From NCBI RefSeq assembly GCF_001194135.2, contig NC_068983.1:146146902-146210901 (forward strand): a stretch of 64,000 nucleotides of DNA, in the 5' to 3' direction. The position numbers were made by a program, and so were the translations under genes. The notes under the pieces were generated by a model. It made no database searches. It saw only the letters and a list, made by a program, of their open reading frames with translations, and was not told the DNA's origin. How positions within the stretch are numbered: the stretch's first letter is position 1; each line of letters begins with the position of its first letter. Positions 23,780 to 37,911 of this stretch are shown piece after piece. The stretch comes from Octopus bimaculoides (lineage: Eukaryota).

Positions 23780-24345
23780 AGTAGAATATCAGACAAAATG
23801 CTTAGCAGTATTTCTTCTGGCTTTTTTACATTCTGAGCCAAAATCCCACCAAGGTTTACTGCCTCTCATCCTTTTGGAGTCAACAGAACAAAGTACTAAG
23901 CAAGTACTGGGGTTGATGTAATTGTTTCCCCCTCCCTTCCCTTGAAACTACATGATTTTGTGCCAAAATAAGAAGGAAACATTAAATAAATAAATAAAAT
24001 AAAGATTATTATTTATGAAAATTCAGTCTGGCTTAATCAGTAACAAGGTCACTCACAAGTAGTGGAGATGTTACTTGAGTTCCATCAATAGATTTGCTAT
24101 TTTAGGACAGTCATTGACAGAATCAATAAGACATTGGACAAAATGCCTTGCAGTCTATAGTTGTTTCTTTCTGTTATGAGTTCAAATTACAAAGGAGCTG
24201 ACTTTACCGTCAACCCCTCTGAAATTAATAACATAAGCATTATTCAACTACAGGAGCCCGCCCATTAAATCAACTACCCACTCCTTCCAAATTTATAATC
24301 TTGCAACAAATATAGAAATTATTATTACTATCATTATTATTATTA

Positions 24346-24386
<41 letters not shown>

Positions 24387-26878
24387 GTAATGTTATTTTT
24401 TATTGTGTTCTTTTAATGCACAGCTGAGCAAACAACTACACACAGCTGCACGTGTTGGTTATATGCAGCGTTTTGTTTTATTTTTGCAATTTACTCTTCT
24501 GTTGAGAATATTTCACTTAATATTATCAGAGCAGTTCCTAGTAGGGCTAATTTATTCATGTTATGTATAAGCCAGTCCTGAAGTTTTGGTCATATATTTA
24601 TTTGTGTTTTTTAATTAGCCCCAAAGTATCTATTTGTTTCTGTTCTTTTTTTTTTTTTTTATCTCCACATTCTTTATTTTTATCCACTTCATTTTCCCTT
24701 ATCATCAACATCATTCAACACCAGGCTTCAATACTGGCATGGGTTGGATGGTTTGAAGGATCTGATGATTCAAAGGACTGCATCATTTAGAAAATACATC
24801 AAGAGTGTTGTTCCTTCAAATAAGAATTCAGTACAACTTGAAAGAACATGGATAAAATTATTCAAGTTTAACAATGTTCATGATTATTGAAAGTATTCAA
24901 GGTTCACAGGAAAAATGACATTCAATGGCAAAGTATGCATAAAAGTGTTTAGATTTCACAAGGTTGTTCAAAGTAATAAGTTACTAACATTGGTGAATGG
25001 GCAGAAACATTAGATCAACAAACAAAATGCCATGTGGTATTTATTCTGAGTTTGAATCCCTCTGAAGTCAACTTTGACTTTTCTCCTTCTGAGGGCCATA
25101 AAATAAAGCACCAGTCAAGTATTGAAGTCATTATAAGCAACTCTACCCATCATCTAAATCAGAAATATATCGGCCAATGCTAGAAACAATTACTATAATT
25201 ATTATTCATGTTGTTTATTGTGTATGGTCACACTTCATAGATTTTAATTTACTCAAGGTTACTTCACTCCTAAAGTTACCACCATTTCTCCTATTCTCCC
25301 TCTCTTTGACATAGGAGCTCTATAGTCGTCATTCTTACAAGACCTCACCACTTCATGCTTTGAAAGAAAAGCACCCAATACACTCTGTAGAATGGTTGGT
25401 ATTTAGGAAGGGTATCAGTAGTAGAAACCATGCCAAAACTGCAACACTGAAGGGCAATGGATATCTTTGAGCCATCAACCAATGCCAGCATGAAAAACAG
25501 AAGGTGGAGGAAGAAGAGGATGATGACAATGAATACTCTCCTGAGGTATTATCCTTCAGTATTATACTATAAATAATAAATTATTGCACTAAATGCCAAA
25601 TAGTATTTGGTATTTAATAGTTCAAATCCTATCTTTTATGTAAAGATAAAAGAAGTTCCATTGGGGTTAATTAAATCAATGGTGCTGTCATATCCATAAT
25701 AATTGGAAAATATAGTATTATTAGTAGCAAAGATGTTAGAAAGAGGTGAGCACTGGTCCAAATGATTTTTTAGTGTTTTGTCTTGTCCAAATCCATCCTG
25801 CATTCAGCTCATACCAGCTTTTACTTTCCCTTTCAGCACTCAACTAAAAGATGAACAAAACAATGTAAGTAAAATGGAGAGAGAAGCATTAATTCAATAA
25901 AATCTCTCAAAAATTACCCTCATTAAAAAAGAATTTATTTTCACCCTTTAAAAAAAGTATCTATTATAATGTTACAATCATTTTGTATTTTAGTGACCTT
26001 TGTTTTCACCATCACACCAACTGATTCCTTCAATTTTAAAGCCAGATATAAATAGAATATATATAATATATATGATAAACAAAAAAAAAAAAAAAAAAAA
26101 AAAAAAGAATAAAAAAAGATATTCTTGTCTTTCATTTCAGCCAGAAATTTCTCCCCCTCCCCCGAACAGAACTAATGAAAACACCATAGTATCAGTATTT
26201 CACAAGCAAGGGACTCCTTAAAAAAAAAAAAAAGTATCCTTTGATTTCTGATAATACAAAGAACATAGGTCTTGGTTATCTTAACAGCTTTATTCAGCCC
26301 TTGAAAAACCATTATTTTTAGTAAGCTATTTGGTGAATGTGACTCATTATGGAAATAATAAGGTTCTTCAAAGTCAGGAAGATATAAGAGGCATAGAATG
26401 AGATTTCTACTGAATCTAAAACTGGTGCTGCACTGAGTTATCATGTCTTCTGATAGGGCTATACTACATACAAAATGAAATTACACTTAGAGGTGGCACA
26501 CACAATAAAACATGTCAGCATCAGTAATCAGTTCTTTTATTCATATCAAAGCTTCCTCAGTAACATTAATGGTTCTAGAACAAAACAATTTCGTTTAGTG
26601 AAGATAACAATACCATTTCACTTATCTATGAACAAAACTGGTGAAATTATTATCTTTATTATGATTAGTATCATCAGGGCAAAATCAGTAGAATCCAGAA
26701 CAAAATGCTTTCTAGAACTAAATTACATTCTATGTTTAAATTCGCAGAGATTAATTTTACCTTTCATCCTCCTGGGGTCAATAAAATAAGAACCACTCAA
26801 GTTCTAGGGCCAATTGAATACATGAAACCCCTTTCACAACAATGTAAAGCATTGAACTTAAGCTAAAAATCATCATCA

Positions 26879-26916
<38 letters not shown>

Positions 26917-27751
26917 TTTTAGGCGCAGGAGTGGCTGTGTGGTAAGTAGCTTGCTTACCAACCACATGGTTCCGAGTTCAGTCCCACTGCGTGACACCTT
27001 GGGCAGATGTCTTCTACTATAGCCTCGGGCCGACCAAAGCAGAATTGTTAGCATGCTGGACAAAATGCTTCATGGCATTTCTTCTGGCTTTACATTCTGA
27101 GTTCAAATTCAACCAAGGTCAACTTTGCCTTTAATCCTTTCAGAGTCAATAAAATAAGTACTAATTGAGCACTGGGGTCAATGTAATCAACTAGCCACCA
27201 CCCCCAAAATTTCAGGCCTCATGCCTAGTACTGCCTAACTGGCTCCCATACCGGTGGCATGTAAAAAGCACCATTCAAGCATGGTCAATGCCAGTGCCAC
27301 CTGACTGGCCCCCGTGCAGGTGGCACGTAAAAAAGCACCCACTACACTCTCGGAATGGTTGGTGTTAGGAAGGGCATCCAGGTGTAGAAACCTTGCCAGA
27401 TCAGATTGGGGCCTGGTGCAGCCTCCTGGCTTGCCAGTCCTCAGTCAAACTGTCCAATCCATGCCAGCATGGAAAGCAGATGTTAAATAATGATGATGAT
27501 GTGCCTATAGTAGAAAGGATTATTATTATGATGAGTATTAGGTGGTGAGCTGGCAGATTTGATAGCACATCAGACAAAATTCTTAGCAGTATTTTGTCCA
27601 TCTTTGCATTGTGAGTTCAAATGCCACCAGGGTCAGTTTACTTTGCATCCTTTTGAGGTCAATGAAATTAATACCAGTTAAGTATTGCGGTCGATGTAAT
27701 CAACTTGCTCCCTCACCCAAAATTTCAGGCCTTGTGCTTTTAGTAGAAAGA

Positions 27752-27802
<51 letters not shown>

Positions 27803-28589
27803 AAATCAATAAAAGCAGAGTACCTTTTTTAATGACTTAGTCAAAAGAAGAAAAGCAGCACCTTCACCCTTTTCAGGATTTCTAAAACTTGGTGGGAGGG
27901 AAGCAATTATGCTAAAACTAGAGACCTCACCTAAATGCTTGCAATGAAATTAGCTCTACTAAAGGCACTCATCAGCTAGATGATAGTGCTAAACAAGATA
28001 CTGAGGTTATGATAGAAAACACTCGTCCAAATTGCTATACAGAGGAAATGAACCCAAAATACATTCAGTATCAAAGTAAACTTACCTACATAACCACGTC
28101 TGTACCCCACTCCTTCCCCATATACAGTACCAATTAGTTCTGACATCATTTAGTTTCATTTCTCTAGATTCTGATTTCAAATTTCTCCAGGAATAAAAAA
28201 AAAGCAAGTACCAGGTATGTATTAGGGTTGAAGCAATCAACTACAGCTTCTATTTATGCGGGATTGTATCAAAATGAGAAATAATCATTATACAAACCAA
28301 CATGGGAGCATCTACACTTTTACTTAGCCTGCTAAAAATAGAAGCCAAATCTCCATAAAATCACACAGCCACCTACTATCTTAGAAAAGGACATTGATTC
28401 ATTTTGTTTAAGGTACACTGCACTGTTCTGAAAAAACACAGGCAGGATGGTCACTGCTGGAATGTCTTTGATTATAGAACTACTGTATTAGGATTGTCCT
28501 GGGACTAACCAACAAGAACAATTATCATTATATAATTTGATTTTTAAGGAATACGTACAGAACATCAGTTTATATAAAGAAGCTGGAAT

Positions 28590-28968
28590 GTTGTTGGCAC
28601 TCCATCGCTTACGACGTCGAGGGTTCCAGTCGATCTGATCAACAGAACAGCCTGCTCGTGAAATTAACATGCAAGTGGCTGAGCACTCCACAGACACGTG
28701 TACCCTTAACGTAGTTCTCGGGGATATTCAGCGTGACACAGCGTGACAAGGCTGACCCTTTGAATTACAGGTACAACAGAAACAGGAAGTAAGAGTGAGA
28801 GAAAGTTGTGGTGAAAGAGTACAGCAGGGTTCGCCACCATCCCCTGCCGGAGCCTCGTGGAGCTTTAGGTGTTACTCAATAAACACTCACAACGCCCGGT
28901 CTGTGAATCGAAACCGCGATCCTATGACCGCGAGTCTGCTGCCCTAACCACTGGGCCATTGCGCCTCC
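28590..28968 (-). mobile_element. Full-length tRNA-derived SINE (second family)
   Basis: Minus-strand head GGAGGCGCAATGGCCCAGTGGTTAGGGCAGCAGACTCGCGG...GGTTTCGATTC and tail ...GATGGAGTGCCAACAAC. A plus-strand sister copy lies at 39500-39835. Confidence 0.88.
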
Positions 28969-29482
28969 ACAAAGAAGCTGGAATAAAAAGAGAACAAGAC
29001 AAATAAGTTAGCACCCTTATCTAACAAATGTGAGGGAGATATTTATCCTACATCTGCTTCACATTGCATAAATTACAGTTAGCACTAATCTCTATAGAAG
29101 AAACCCTTGGGCTATATGAAAAGATTGATATAAACTTATTAATTCCATTCTTGGCTATACAACAGCCAATCCAAATAAATGCACTGAAGGTAACAAAGAA
29201 GAAGAAAAAAAACAAACAAAAATATACACAAATAACAACAACAACAAATAGATAAATAAAACTAGCCATGGGAAACAAAGCAAATGTTCTGTCAAAGTCT
29301 GGAAACAAACAACCAAATATTGAACAAGATGATTTATTATTCTAAGCTTAGCTTATTCAACCTCTTCCCTCAAAATACCCAGATGAACTCTGTGTACTTT
29401 TGATCTCCCATGTAGAAAGACATTTTTGCAGTTATAATCTGGTTCTTTTTTTTTGTTTTTTCAATAATTTCCATTATTATTA

Positions 29483-29494
29483 TTGGTGTTGTTG

Positions 29495-29531
<37 letters not shown>

Positions 29532-29538
29532 TACTACA

Positions 29539-29584
<46 letters not shown>

Positions 29585-29687
29585 TCATTATCATTATTAT
29601 TATTATTATTACTACTACTATTATTATTACTACTACTACTATTATTATCATTATTATTATTACTACTACTACTACTACTACTACTAC

Positions 29688-29717
<30 letters not shown>
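29483..29717. repeat. Compound (ATT)n/(ACT)n/(ATC)n trinucleotide microsatellite
   Basis: Directly visible. It produces the poly-Y, poly-L and poly-N pseudo-ORFs. Confidence 0.98.
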
Positions 29718-29718
<1 letters not shown>

Positions 29719-29899
29719 TCTTCTTAGTGTAAATATTATTTTTAATCTATAGCTTTGATTATTATTATTTACTAATTTCATTTCATTTTCTTTTATTGTT
29801 TTCTTTGAGAAAGATGCACTTATTATATTGCTTTATTACAAGTTTTTATTATTATTATTATTTTATTATTTCCATTGCACTCTCCTACCCTTCCTCGTC

Positions 29900-30052
29900 A
29901 CTCTCTCTCTCTCTCTCTCCCTCTCTCTCTCTCTCTCCCTCTCTCTCTCTATCTCTCTCTCTCTCTCTNNNNNNNNNNCTCTCCCTCTCTCTCTCTCTCT
30001 CCCTCTCTCTCTCTATCTCTCTCTCTCTCTCTCCCTCTCTCTCTCTCTCTCC
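29900..30052. repeat. (CT)n microsatellite with a 10-N gap
   Basis: Directly visible. Confidence 0.98.
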
Positions 30053-30692
30053 TTGGTTCTTTTTGATGAAATATCAGCAGTAAAAACGTCCCCAAGTAAT
30101 GTTGGAAGGGTAAAAAGAAAGAAAAAGTTGAAAGGAAAATAATGTGAATGGAGAACTAATGAAGCACAAAGTAAGGTGCATTATATGTGGGAAGGTAAGA
30201 GTGTGCATATGTGTGTGTGTGTGTGTGAAAGGGTGTTCCCTGTACTGGGTTGGCACAGTATTTAGAAGATGATGGGTAGGTTGTTAGGCAACTATGAATC
30301 CTCCCATTAAATATATTGGCGGTGGTGGTGGTGGTGGTGGTGATAGTGGCAGTGGTGAATGATAGAGGAATGGGGGAGAATGGAGAGAGAAAGAGAGAGA
30401 TACAGCTCTCTGTGTAAAAAGCACTCATTCACTTTGGTGACAAAACAGATAAATGAACGCAATGGAATGGATAAGTGAACAAAAAAAAAAAGAAATGAAA
30501 TGTAAGCAGGCTACGGTGGTCTGTCTCCTATGCAGCAGAACTGTCTTAACATTACCATCATCACCATTATAATCATCACTATCATTATTACAATCAGCAT
30601 GATGACTGATAATCAAAACAATCATCAGTGTCCTTGAATGCTGTCTTTGTTGTTGTCAGCATAATTATAAAAGTGATTGCTATCATCTAAAC

Positions 30693-30954
30693 TAGCTGTC
30701 CCCAATCTTTTTTGTACTAGAGACCAGTTTCACACAAGACAATTTTTCCAGACCAAAGGATCATATACATAACAAAAGACAATAATTCAATTATTGCATA
30801 TATAATATATATAAAATGCAAAAAAAAAACCCTGTAGACTGTGGCAGTCAATAAAACAGAAATAAAATATTTAAGTATATTCATTCTTTGCAGACTGATA
30901 CCAAATAATCCAAGGCATGGTACTGGTTCAAGACCCAGGGATTGGTGACCCCTG
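30693..30954. mobile_element. hAT (Charlie-like) MITE
   Basis: Degenerate TIRs TAGCTGTCCCCAATC and GATTGGTGACCCCTG. The 8-bp flanks ATCTAAAC and ATCTGAGC fit an NTCTAGAN-type TSD. Confidence 0.65.
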
Positions 30955-31602
30955 ATCTGAGCTACCATTGTCACTATTATCATTAGAAATAGGGCGTCTA
31001 CACAAGCATTTGACCTGTTAGATATAGCAGCTAAATTACATCATACTGACTTAACTAAAGAAAGGTATATTGGATATGGTATACAAACAAGCAGAATGAC
31101 CATGGCTGGAACCTTCGAATATAGAGCCCACTCAATCAAAGCTGACCGGGGTTTAACCCTTTTGTTACCATATTTCTATTTGTTTCAACTAATTTTTAAA
31201 ATGAAGAATTTACAAAAATAACTTTGTCATTATTAAAGCTGTTTGAAACATAAATTAATCTAAAATTTTCAGATCACTTTAAAACAGGAAGGTTGTATCT
31301 TAGAACGGCAGGGTTTGGCAGATTTGTATCAAAAGTGTCAAACAACAACATTGAATCCAAAGGAATCAGCCATTCTTTCTTCACCTCACAATTACTAAAG
31401 TTATAAAGAATATATTTTAGTGGATATAAAACACACATTTATTCATAATCATGCTGTGTGGGTACATTTGTTATTAAATCCAGGTTTTTAGCAGTTTAAC
31501 ATTTTGTAAATTATACAAGAAATTGTTAGTGGTCTCAGTAAAGATATGTTTTCTACCACATTGGTAGTTGAGAGGTGAGGTAAATAATCCTGATAAAACT
31601 GA

Positions 31603-31835
31603 TTTCTTATTTCTTTATTGCCCACAAGGGGCTAAACATAGAGGGGACAAACAAGGACAAAGGGATTAAGTCGATTACATCGACCCCAGTGCATAACTGG
31701 TACTTAATTTATCAACCCTGAAAGGATGAAAGGCAAAGTCGACCTCGGCAGAATTTGAACTCAAAACATAACGACAGACGAAATACCGTTAAGCATTTCG
31801 CCTGGTGTGCTAACGATTCTGCCAGCTCGCTGCCT
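31603..31835 (-). mobile_element. Young Meta-core-like SINE
   Basis: Near-consensus, CpG-retaining reverse complement of the 23542-23779 copy. Confidence 0.88.
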
Positions 31836-32559
31836 GATTTCTCACTCTCAGACAATTGCTCGTGATTTCCACATACTAAATTCAAAACAAGCAGTGTTGG
31901 TGTTATATGTGCATGTTTATATAGATGTGTGTGGGTGTATGTATATATATATATGTGTGTGTGTATTTTACTTGTTGGGCCAGTGGGAAGGAGTGGTGCC
32001 CATGACATTTACATGTCATCTGAGACAGGGGAGACCAATGCCATTAATTTTCTTTTTGAACCATTGCAAGATAACAGCAGGAAAGGCATTCCAGGGGATC
32101 ACATTCAGGGAAGGAAAAACTGGGCATAGTAATTAGTGTGAAACCTGCAGTATTGAATACAAGGATGATGGGAGGAGAAGTGACAAATGGATTGCAAATG
32201 TCTGAGTAAAGTAGGTATGAGACCAACCAGCTCCAAAGAGTAGAAGCTATTACAAAAAAAGACCCACCCCCTTCAGTCATGAATGACCATGGGATTGCAC
32301 CTAGAAAGTTCCCCTGTGAGGCAAATGTCAAGGCAAGTTTGTTTATGGAAGACCAGCAGTCACCCATGCATACCAGTCTCCCCTCTCCACCCCACCAATG
32401 TTATCCGAGGGAAAGGCAAAGGCCAATACAGCTTGGAACCAGTGATGTTGTAACTCATTTCTACAGCTGAGTGAACTGGAGCAATGTATCTTGCTCAAGA
32501 ACACAACACAAAGCCCGGTCTGGGAATCGAACTCACTACCTCATGATTGTGAGCCTGAC

Positions 32560-32930
32560 ACCTTAACTACTGAACCATGGATAGTGCTTGTGAAAAAGGC
32601 AGAGAGAGGAGACGGCACACTTGTGAGCCAGAGACTAGAGTATGTCTGTGAATAACTTTATGCCAATCATTTAGCTGAGTAACTCTTTTCTGAATGCAGC
32701 CTGGGACATCTATGTGTGCAGCAGCACTGTCCCAGATGTGAGAGCAATATTCCATTATGAGCCTCACAAAGGTAGGGAGCTGAAGAATTCTCCGACCAAA
32801 AAGAGAAGGGGCCAGTCATCAGAATATGATCCCAGCTATACAAAGGATGTACTTTCATCAGGAGAGATTCTCAGTGATAATGTGACCCAAAATTATGGTG
32901 CTTATGTGTTTGTGTGTGTAGAGCAAGATC
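32560..32930 (-). mobile_element. Decayed L2/CR1-type LINE ORF2 C-terminal fragment
   Basis: The minus strand reads RLIMEYCSHIW...IQKR, the (L/M)EYC..(I/V)W motif typical of CR1/L2 post-RT regions. Confidence 0.7.
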
Positions 32931-33648
32931 CCAGCGAGAGGTAAGATCCCAGCAATTTAAACTAAAATGTTTTAATCCCTGAGAAAGGCATGAACAAAAC
33001 ATCCCATTCTTCATCTCTTAACCACATAAGGCTTATTTCCAGACCAAATAGAATCAACATCACATGCACTGGTACCATCTTAATCTTTTTTTCTGTCAGA
33101 AGAGTCCATCAAAAAGAAATTGGTCTTAATGCTTTTAATGTTGTTGTTGCTGGATGCCACCGGTCAACCTTGATCAAAGATATTCCACATTTGACTTATC
33201 TTGTCATTTTGGTAAAGTGTGAAGAACCACATTAACAAATGTGTTCTGTATTTATGACAATTGAATGTGATCTGCTGGAGAATTAATTGTTGTTTCTAGG
33301 AAGTAGAGCAACGATGTAGAGGCTCTCCCATTAGCTCATCATCATCATCATCATCATTTAACACCTGTTTTCAACAATGGCATGAGTTGGATGGTTTGAC
33401 AGTCCAGGCTCTATGTCTGTTTAGGCATGGTTTCTACAACTGGATGCCCTTCTTAACACCAATCACTTTACAGAGTATACTGGGTGCTTTTTACATGGCA
33501 CCAGCACAATGTTTATAAAATAGTTAAGAATTCTTTTTTTGTATGCTGATAAGCAATGGATGGGAGAATAAGTAGAGAAGCATTAGAAAAAGTGCTTTGC
33601 TTACTTAATTATAACCATTTACCTTTTGAGTTCAAATTATACAAGGGT

Positions 33649-33695
<47 letters not shown>

Positions 33696-34377
33696 TATAT
33701 GTGTGTGTGTGTTTATGTGTGGATATGTATATAAGCAGAAAAAACTGATAAACAAAAGTAGGCATAAAGAGTGTATTTACATTAAAACTTGTGTAGACAA
33801 ATAAATGAATGATCACAATTCATTTTTTTTTGTTTTGTTTTGTTTTTGTTTTTTAGTTACATGGACAAATGGTTTCTGAACAGACTTTTTGTTGAAACTA
33901 CTTATCATCAACTTATTATCCAACTTGTACCGAACATAAAAACTTGCTTCATTGACATTCCAATTCTATATCATTAAAATAATTCAAATATCATTTATAT
34001 GAAGGCACATGGTTGAGTGGTTAGGCTGTTGCACTCACAATTGCTAGATCATGGGCTCAATTCCCAGACCAGGTAATGCAAAGTGTTCTTGAGCAAAACA
34101 CTTCATTTCAAGTTGCTCCAGTTCCCCTTTCAATCAGTGGGGAATGTTAGCCTGCTCACCTAGCCAACAGGCAGCATCATTAAGAGGCTAAAATGATGCA
34201 AAGTGCACTGTGACTAGTGATGTGTAATAACATCAGATAGTCTGACCAGTTGTGTGATCATGTAAAATATCATTTAACATTTTCATGTTTTGTTTATACA
34301 ATAATCATTAATAGATTTTGTAGCAGAACTTTGTATTTTATTATAATAAATTAAATATATATCGTGCATGTCTGTGT

Positions 34378-34915
34378 CATCATCATCATCATCATCATTT
34401 AACGTTCGTTGTCCAAGCTGGCATGGGTTGGACGGTTTGACCAGGGCTGGCAAGCAGAGAGGCTGCACCAGACTCCAGTCTGATTTGGCATGGTTTCTAT
34501 GACTGGATGCCCTTCCTAACGTCAACTGCTCCAAGAGTGTAATGGGTGCTTTTACATGCCACCAGCATAAGTGCCAGTTACATGACACCAGTAGTCACCA
34601 CAATTGTGATATCACTTGGCTTGATGAGTCCTCTTCTTAAACATGACAACATATTGCCAAAGGTCTCAGTCATATACCATTGCCTCCGTGAGGCCCAATG
34701 CTCAAAAGATGCTTTTCATATCCCACTGGCACAGGTGCCAGTTATGACACTGGCATCGGACACACTGCCTCTGTGAGGTTCAACGCTCAACAGGTGCTTT
34801 TTATGTGCTGCCAGCATGGGTGCCAGATGCCTCCATGAGGCCCAACATGGTGCTTTTTATGTTCCACTGGCACAGGTGCCAGGTACGCAACACCAGCATC
34901 AGCCACATTGCCTCC
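34378..34915 (-). mobile_element. (GAT)n-tailed repeat with about 5 diverged internal tandem units
   Basis: Recurring GGTGCTTTT(T)A.G...CCA.TGGCACAGGTGCCAG units 5' of the conserved tail. Confidence 0.8.
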
Positions 34916-37050
34916 AATAATAAAAAAGTATCATAACTGAAATAACACACTTGAGCAGGAGTATGGTGCATCAAAAGTGTGTGGAATCTAGAATTGCATC
35001 AGTCATCCAAAAATTGACCAATATGAAATTTCCCAATGGAAGTATTCACAAAACATACACCATAAGTAAAACATCCACCATTTTTCCACTTTGTGCATGA
35101 ATACTGATAGCTTGCAACAGAAAGAGTATTCAGCCATTAAATCATGCCTCACAATTAATTCTTCAAGCCATGCTAGCATGGAAAAACAGATGTTAACCCT
35201 TTGAAAATGAAACATGGATATATCCATTCAAAATTTTATAGCTGTTAACTGTGGAAAGTGATTTTACCCTACAGGTTTGAAAAATCTCTACTTATGCTGC
35301 AAGAAGCAGAGACACATCCAGTGACATTTTTTACCAAAGACAATTTTTCAGATTTTTTTAGCATTGCCACATATTTCTTTACAGAGTAAGATCAAATACT
35401 TTTGTGGTGGATATGAAAACTACACCAACAGAAGATACTGAAAAAATATTACAGAAGCAGAAAAAATCAATTCTATTTTTTAGTGAATAATTAACATCAT
35501 TATAGTTAAAGGCTAAAATGAATGAACGGAGAAACAAACAGTATATAATGCATACAACCCTCTCAAAATCTCAATACAATTACAAGATCATCCTAAAATA
35601 ACACATGAAGAAAAAATACCTGGATTCAAAATCTCACTAGAATGAAACAAGGAAAGTTTAAGAAAAGAGATATTGAAAGTTGTGACAGAGTAATAAACTC
35701 TCCCTTTCTCTGTCACAAACACACACACACACACAAATACATACAGTCATTTTTTCACTAATCAATCTTAGCTAACACTGTATAGATTTATTGGAACACG
35801 GCTATCTTTTACTTGTTTAAGTTATTTGTCTGCAGCTATGCTGGGACACTGCCTTGAAGAATTTCAGTTGAACAAAATCAACTCAAGAACTTATTTTTTT
35901 TTAAAGCCTGATATTTATTCTATAGGTCTCTTTTACCAAACTGCTAAGTTACAGGGATGTAAACACATCAACACCAGTTGTCAAGTGGCGGTGAGGAACA
36001 AATGGAAAGACACACACACATATATACGATGAACTTCTTTCAGTTACCATGTACTGAATTCACTCATAAGGTTTTGGTTAGCCTGAGACTATAGTAGAAG
36101 ACACTTGCCCCAGGTGCCATGCAGTGGGGCTGAACCCAGAACTATGTGGTTGGGAAACAAGTTTCTTACCACACTGTCATGCATGAAAATTTTACAGTTT
36201 CAACAGCAGAACACTCCTTTCAGCAGTTGTTGACTGGAGATCATGATTTCAGCACATTTAACTATATTACTTCCTCCAGCTGTGCCAAGCAGTATTGATG
36301 TTATCAGAGAATACCCCCAAAGGATTTTCACCCCCAACAATAACCACCTGTTATTCATACTGTAACCACAACAAACTGGGTGCAGCTATAACCACTCCAG
36401 CCATACAACAACCATTTTCTTTTATCACCAACTGTGGATATATTCTTTACTCTCAGCATTGGTCTTTTCCTCACATGTATCTGTTATGTCAATTTTCTGC
36501 TAGCCTTTTCCAGTTCATGAGTCACTACTCTGATGTCCTTCCTGAGATCAATACCAGCTGGAGAAATGTAGCTGGTATTGTCTAGCTACAAATCCATAAA
36601 CAATTCACAAAGTCCTTCGTATTTCAGAGTCTTCCTTTAGTTTCCATACTCCATGTTTTACCAAATCACCATCAACCCAATAATCAAAACATTTTTGTCA
36701 AGTCAGGCTGTAATTTAAGTCTGGGTGTTGCATCATTATCATATAGCGTTTCCAGAATACAAGTGCATCCCTGAAATCTATGTGCACCTCTCAATCATTA
36801 ACACTATGTAGAAGTCTGGGTGTTAGTTTTCCTTTGTTTATGCTCCTTGTGGAAAAGAGCAGGCAGCAGCTGTGTTGATTCTAAGTACATTCACCCTCTT
36901 TTATTGTTGTTTTAGCACATCAGAGAGAATACGCAAGACTTGATGATGCCATTAGGAACAATTACATACACACACACGTGTATATGTATGTGTGTGCGCG
37001 TATGTGTTATGTATGTATGTATGTATGCATGCATGTATGTGCATAAACAT

Positions 37051-37093
<43 letters not shown>

Positions 37094-37291
37094 ACATATA
37101 TGCATATACGTGAAGGTATGTGGCCTAGTGGTGAGGGCGTTGTACTTGCACACAATCACTAGGTTGTGGGTTCAATTTCCATCATTCAGAAGCCAAAAAC
37201 AATGCAAAAGCAGTGATCAGTAGTATCTAACAACATTTGATAGTCTGGTCAATATATGCATCACACATATACATGTGCACATGTATATATA

Positions 37292-37526
37292 CAGAGTGGC
37301 CCAAAAGTAGGTTTACAGGTATCACGTAGGCACTTTAAATTTCTTTTAAAACATTTTATTACATTTAAATTTCTATCTTACAAACTAAAAAGGGAGCTTG
37401 ACAAAATTAACTAAATTAGCATAGAATAATGATTTCATATTTTTTAATAATTAAGATATAAACTGTTAATATATGAATACAAAAGATATAGTTGAATAAC
37501 TGTAAACCTACTTTTGGGCCACTCTG
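37292..37526. mobile_element. Tc1/mariner-type MITE (235 bp)
   Basis: Perfect 27-bp TIRs CAGAGTGGCCCAAAAGTAGGTTTACAG (37292-37318 and 37500-37526), preceded by TA. No ORF. Confidence 0.88.
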
Positions 37527-37575
37527 TGTACATATATGTATATATATATACATATACATAGAAGAGTTAAGGAAT

Positions 37576-37693
37576 AGAGTAGATAATATCTGGGCTGCAT
37601 AATAATACACAAGCGAGGTGTATCTTGGATATTTACCACTTCTGAGGATCCGCTTCACTATGAAATATATGTAACCCGGATATTATCTACTCT
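37576..37693. mobile_element. Small inverted-repeat element (118 bp)
   Basis: 25-bp arms AGAGTAGATAATATCTGGGCTGCAT and its reverse complement at 37669-37693, 22 of 25 matches. Confidence 0.65.
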
Positions 37694-37911
37694 TGTATTT
37701 TATTCACATACCCGGCAACCCTGGCTGCCTACCATGAAATATAAAATAATGTTTTTCGATTTATCATACTTCGATATGAAAAAATACACAACATTCCACC
37801 TCAATAAACCACTATTGTTCCTGAAAGTTATTTTTTACATTTTCTACAGCCTGCTTGAAGTTCACCTTCTTCTTACACCTCAATACTTAGATTTTACATT
37901 TATATGTGTGT

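Noticed and set aside
29370-30142. Poly-Tyr, poly-Leu, poly-Asn and Ser-Leu ORFs
   Set aside because: Translations of tri- and dinucleotide microsatellites.
32930-32950. Strong plus-strand donor GAG|GTAAGA (and minus-strand AAG|GTAAGT at 38281)
   Set aside because: Both lie at or inside transposon-derived sequence with no credible upstream exon.
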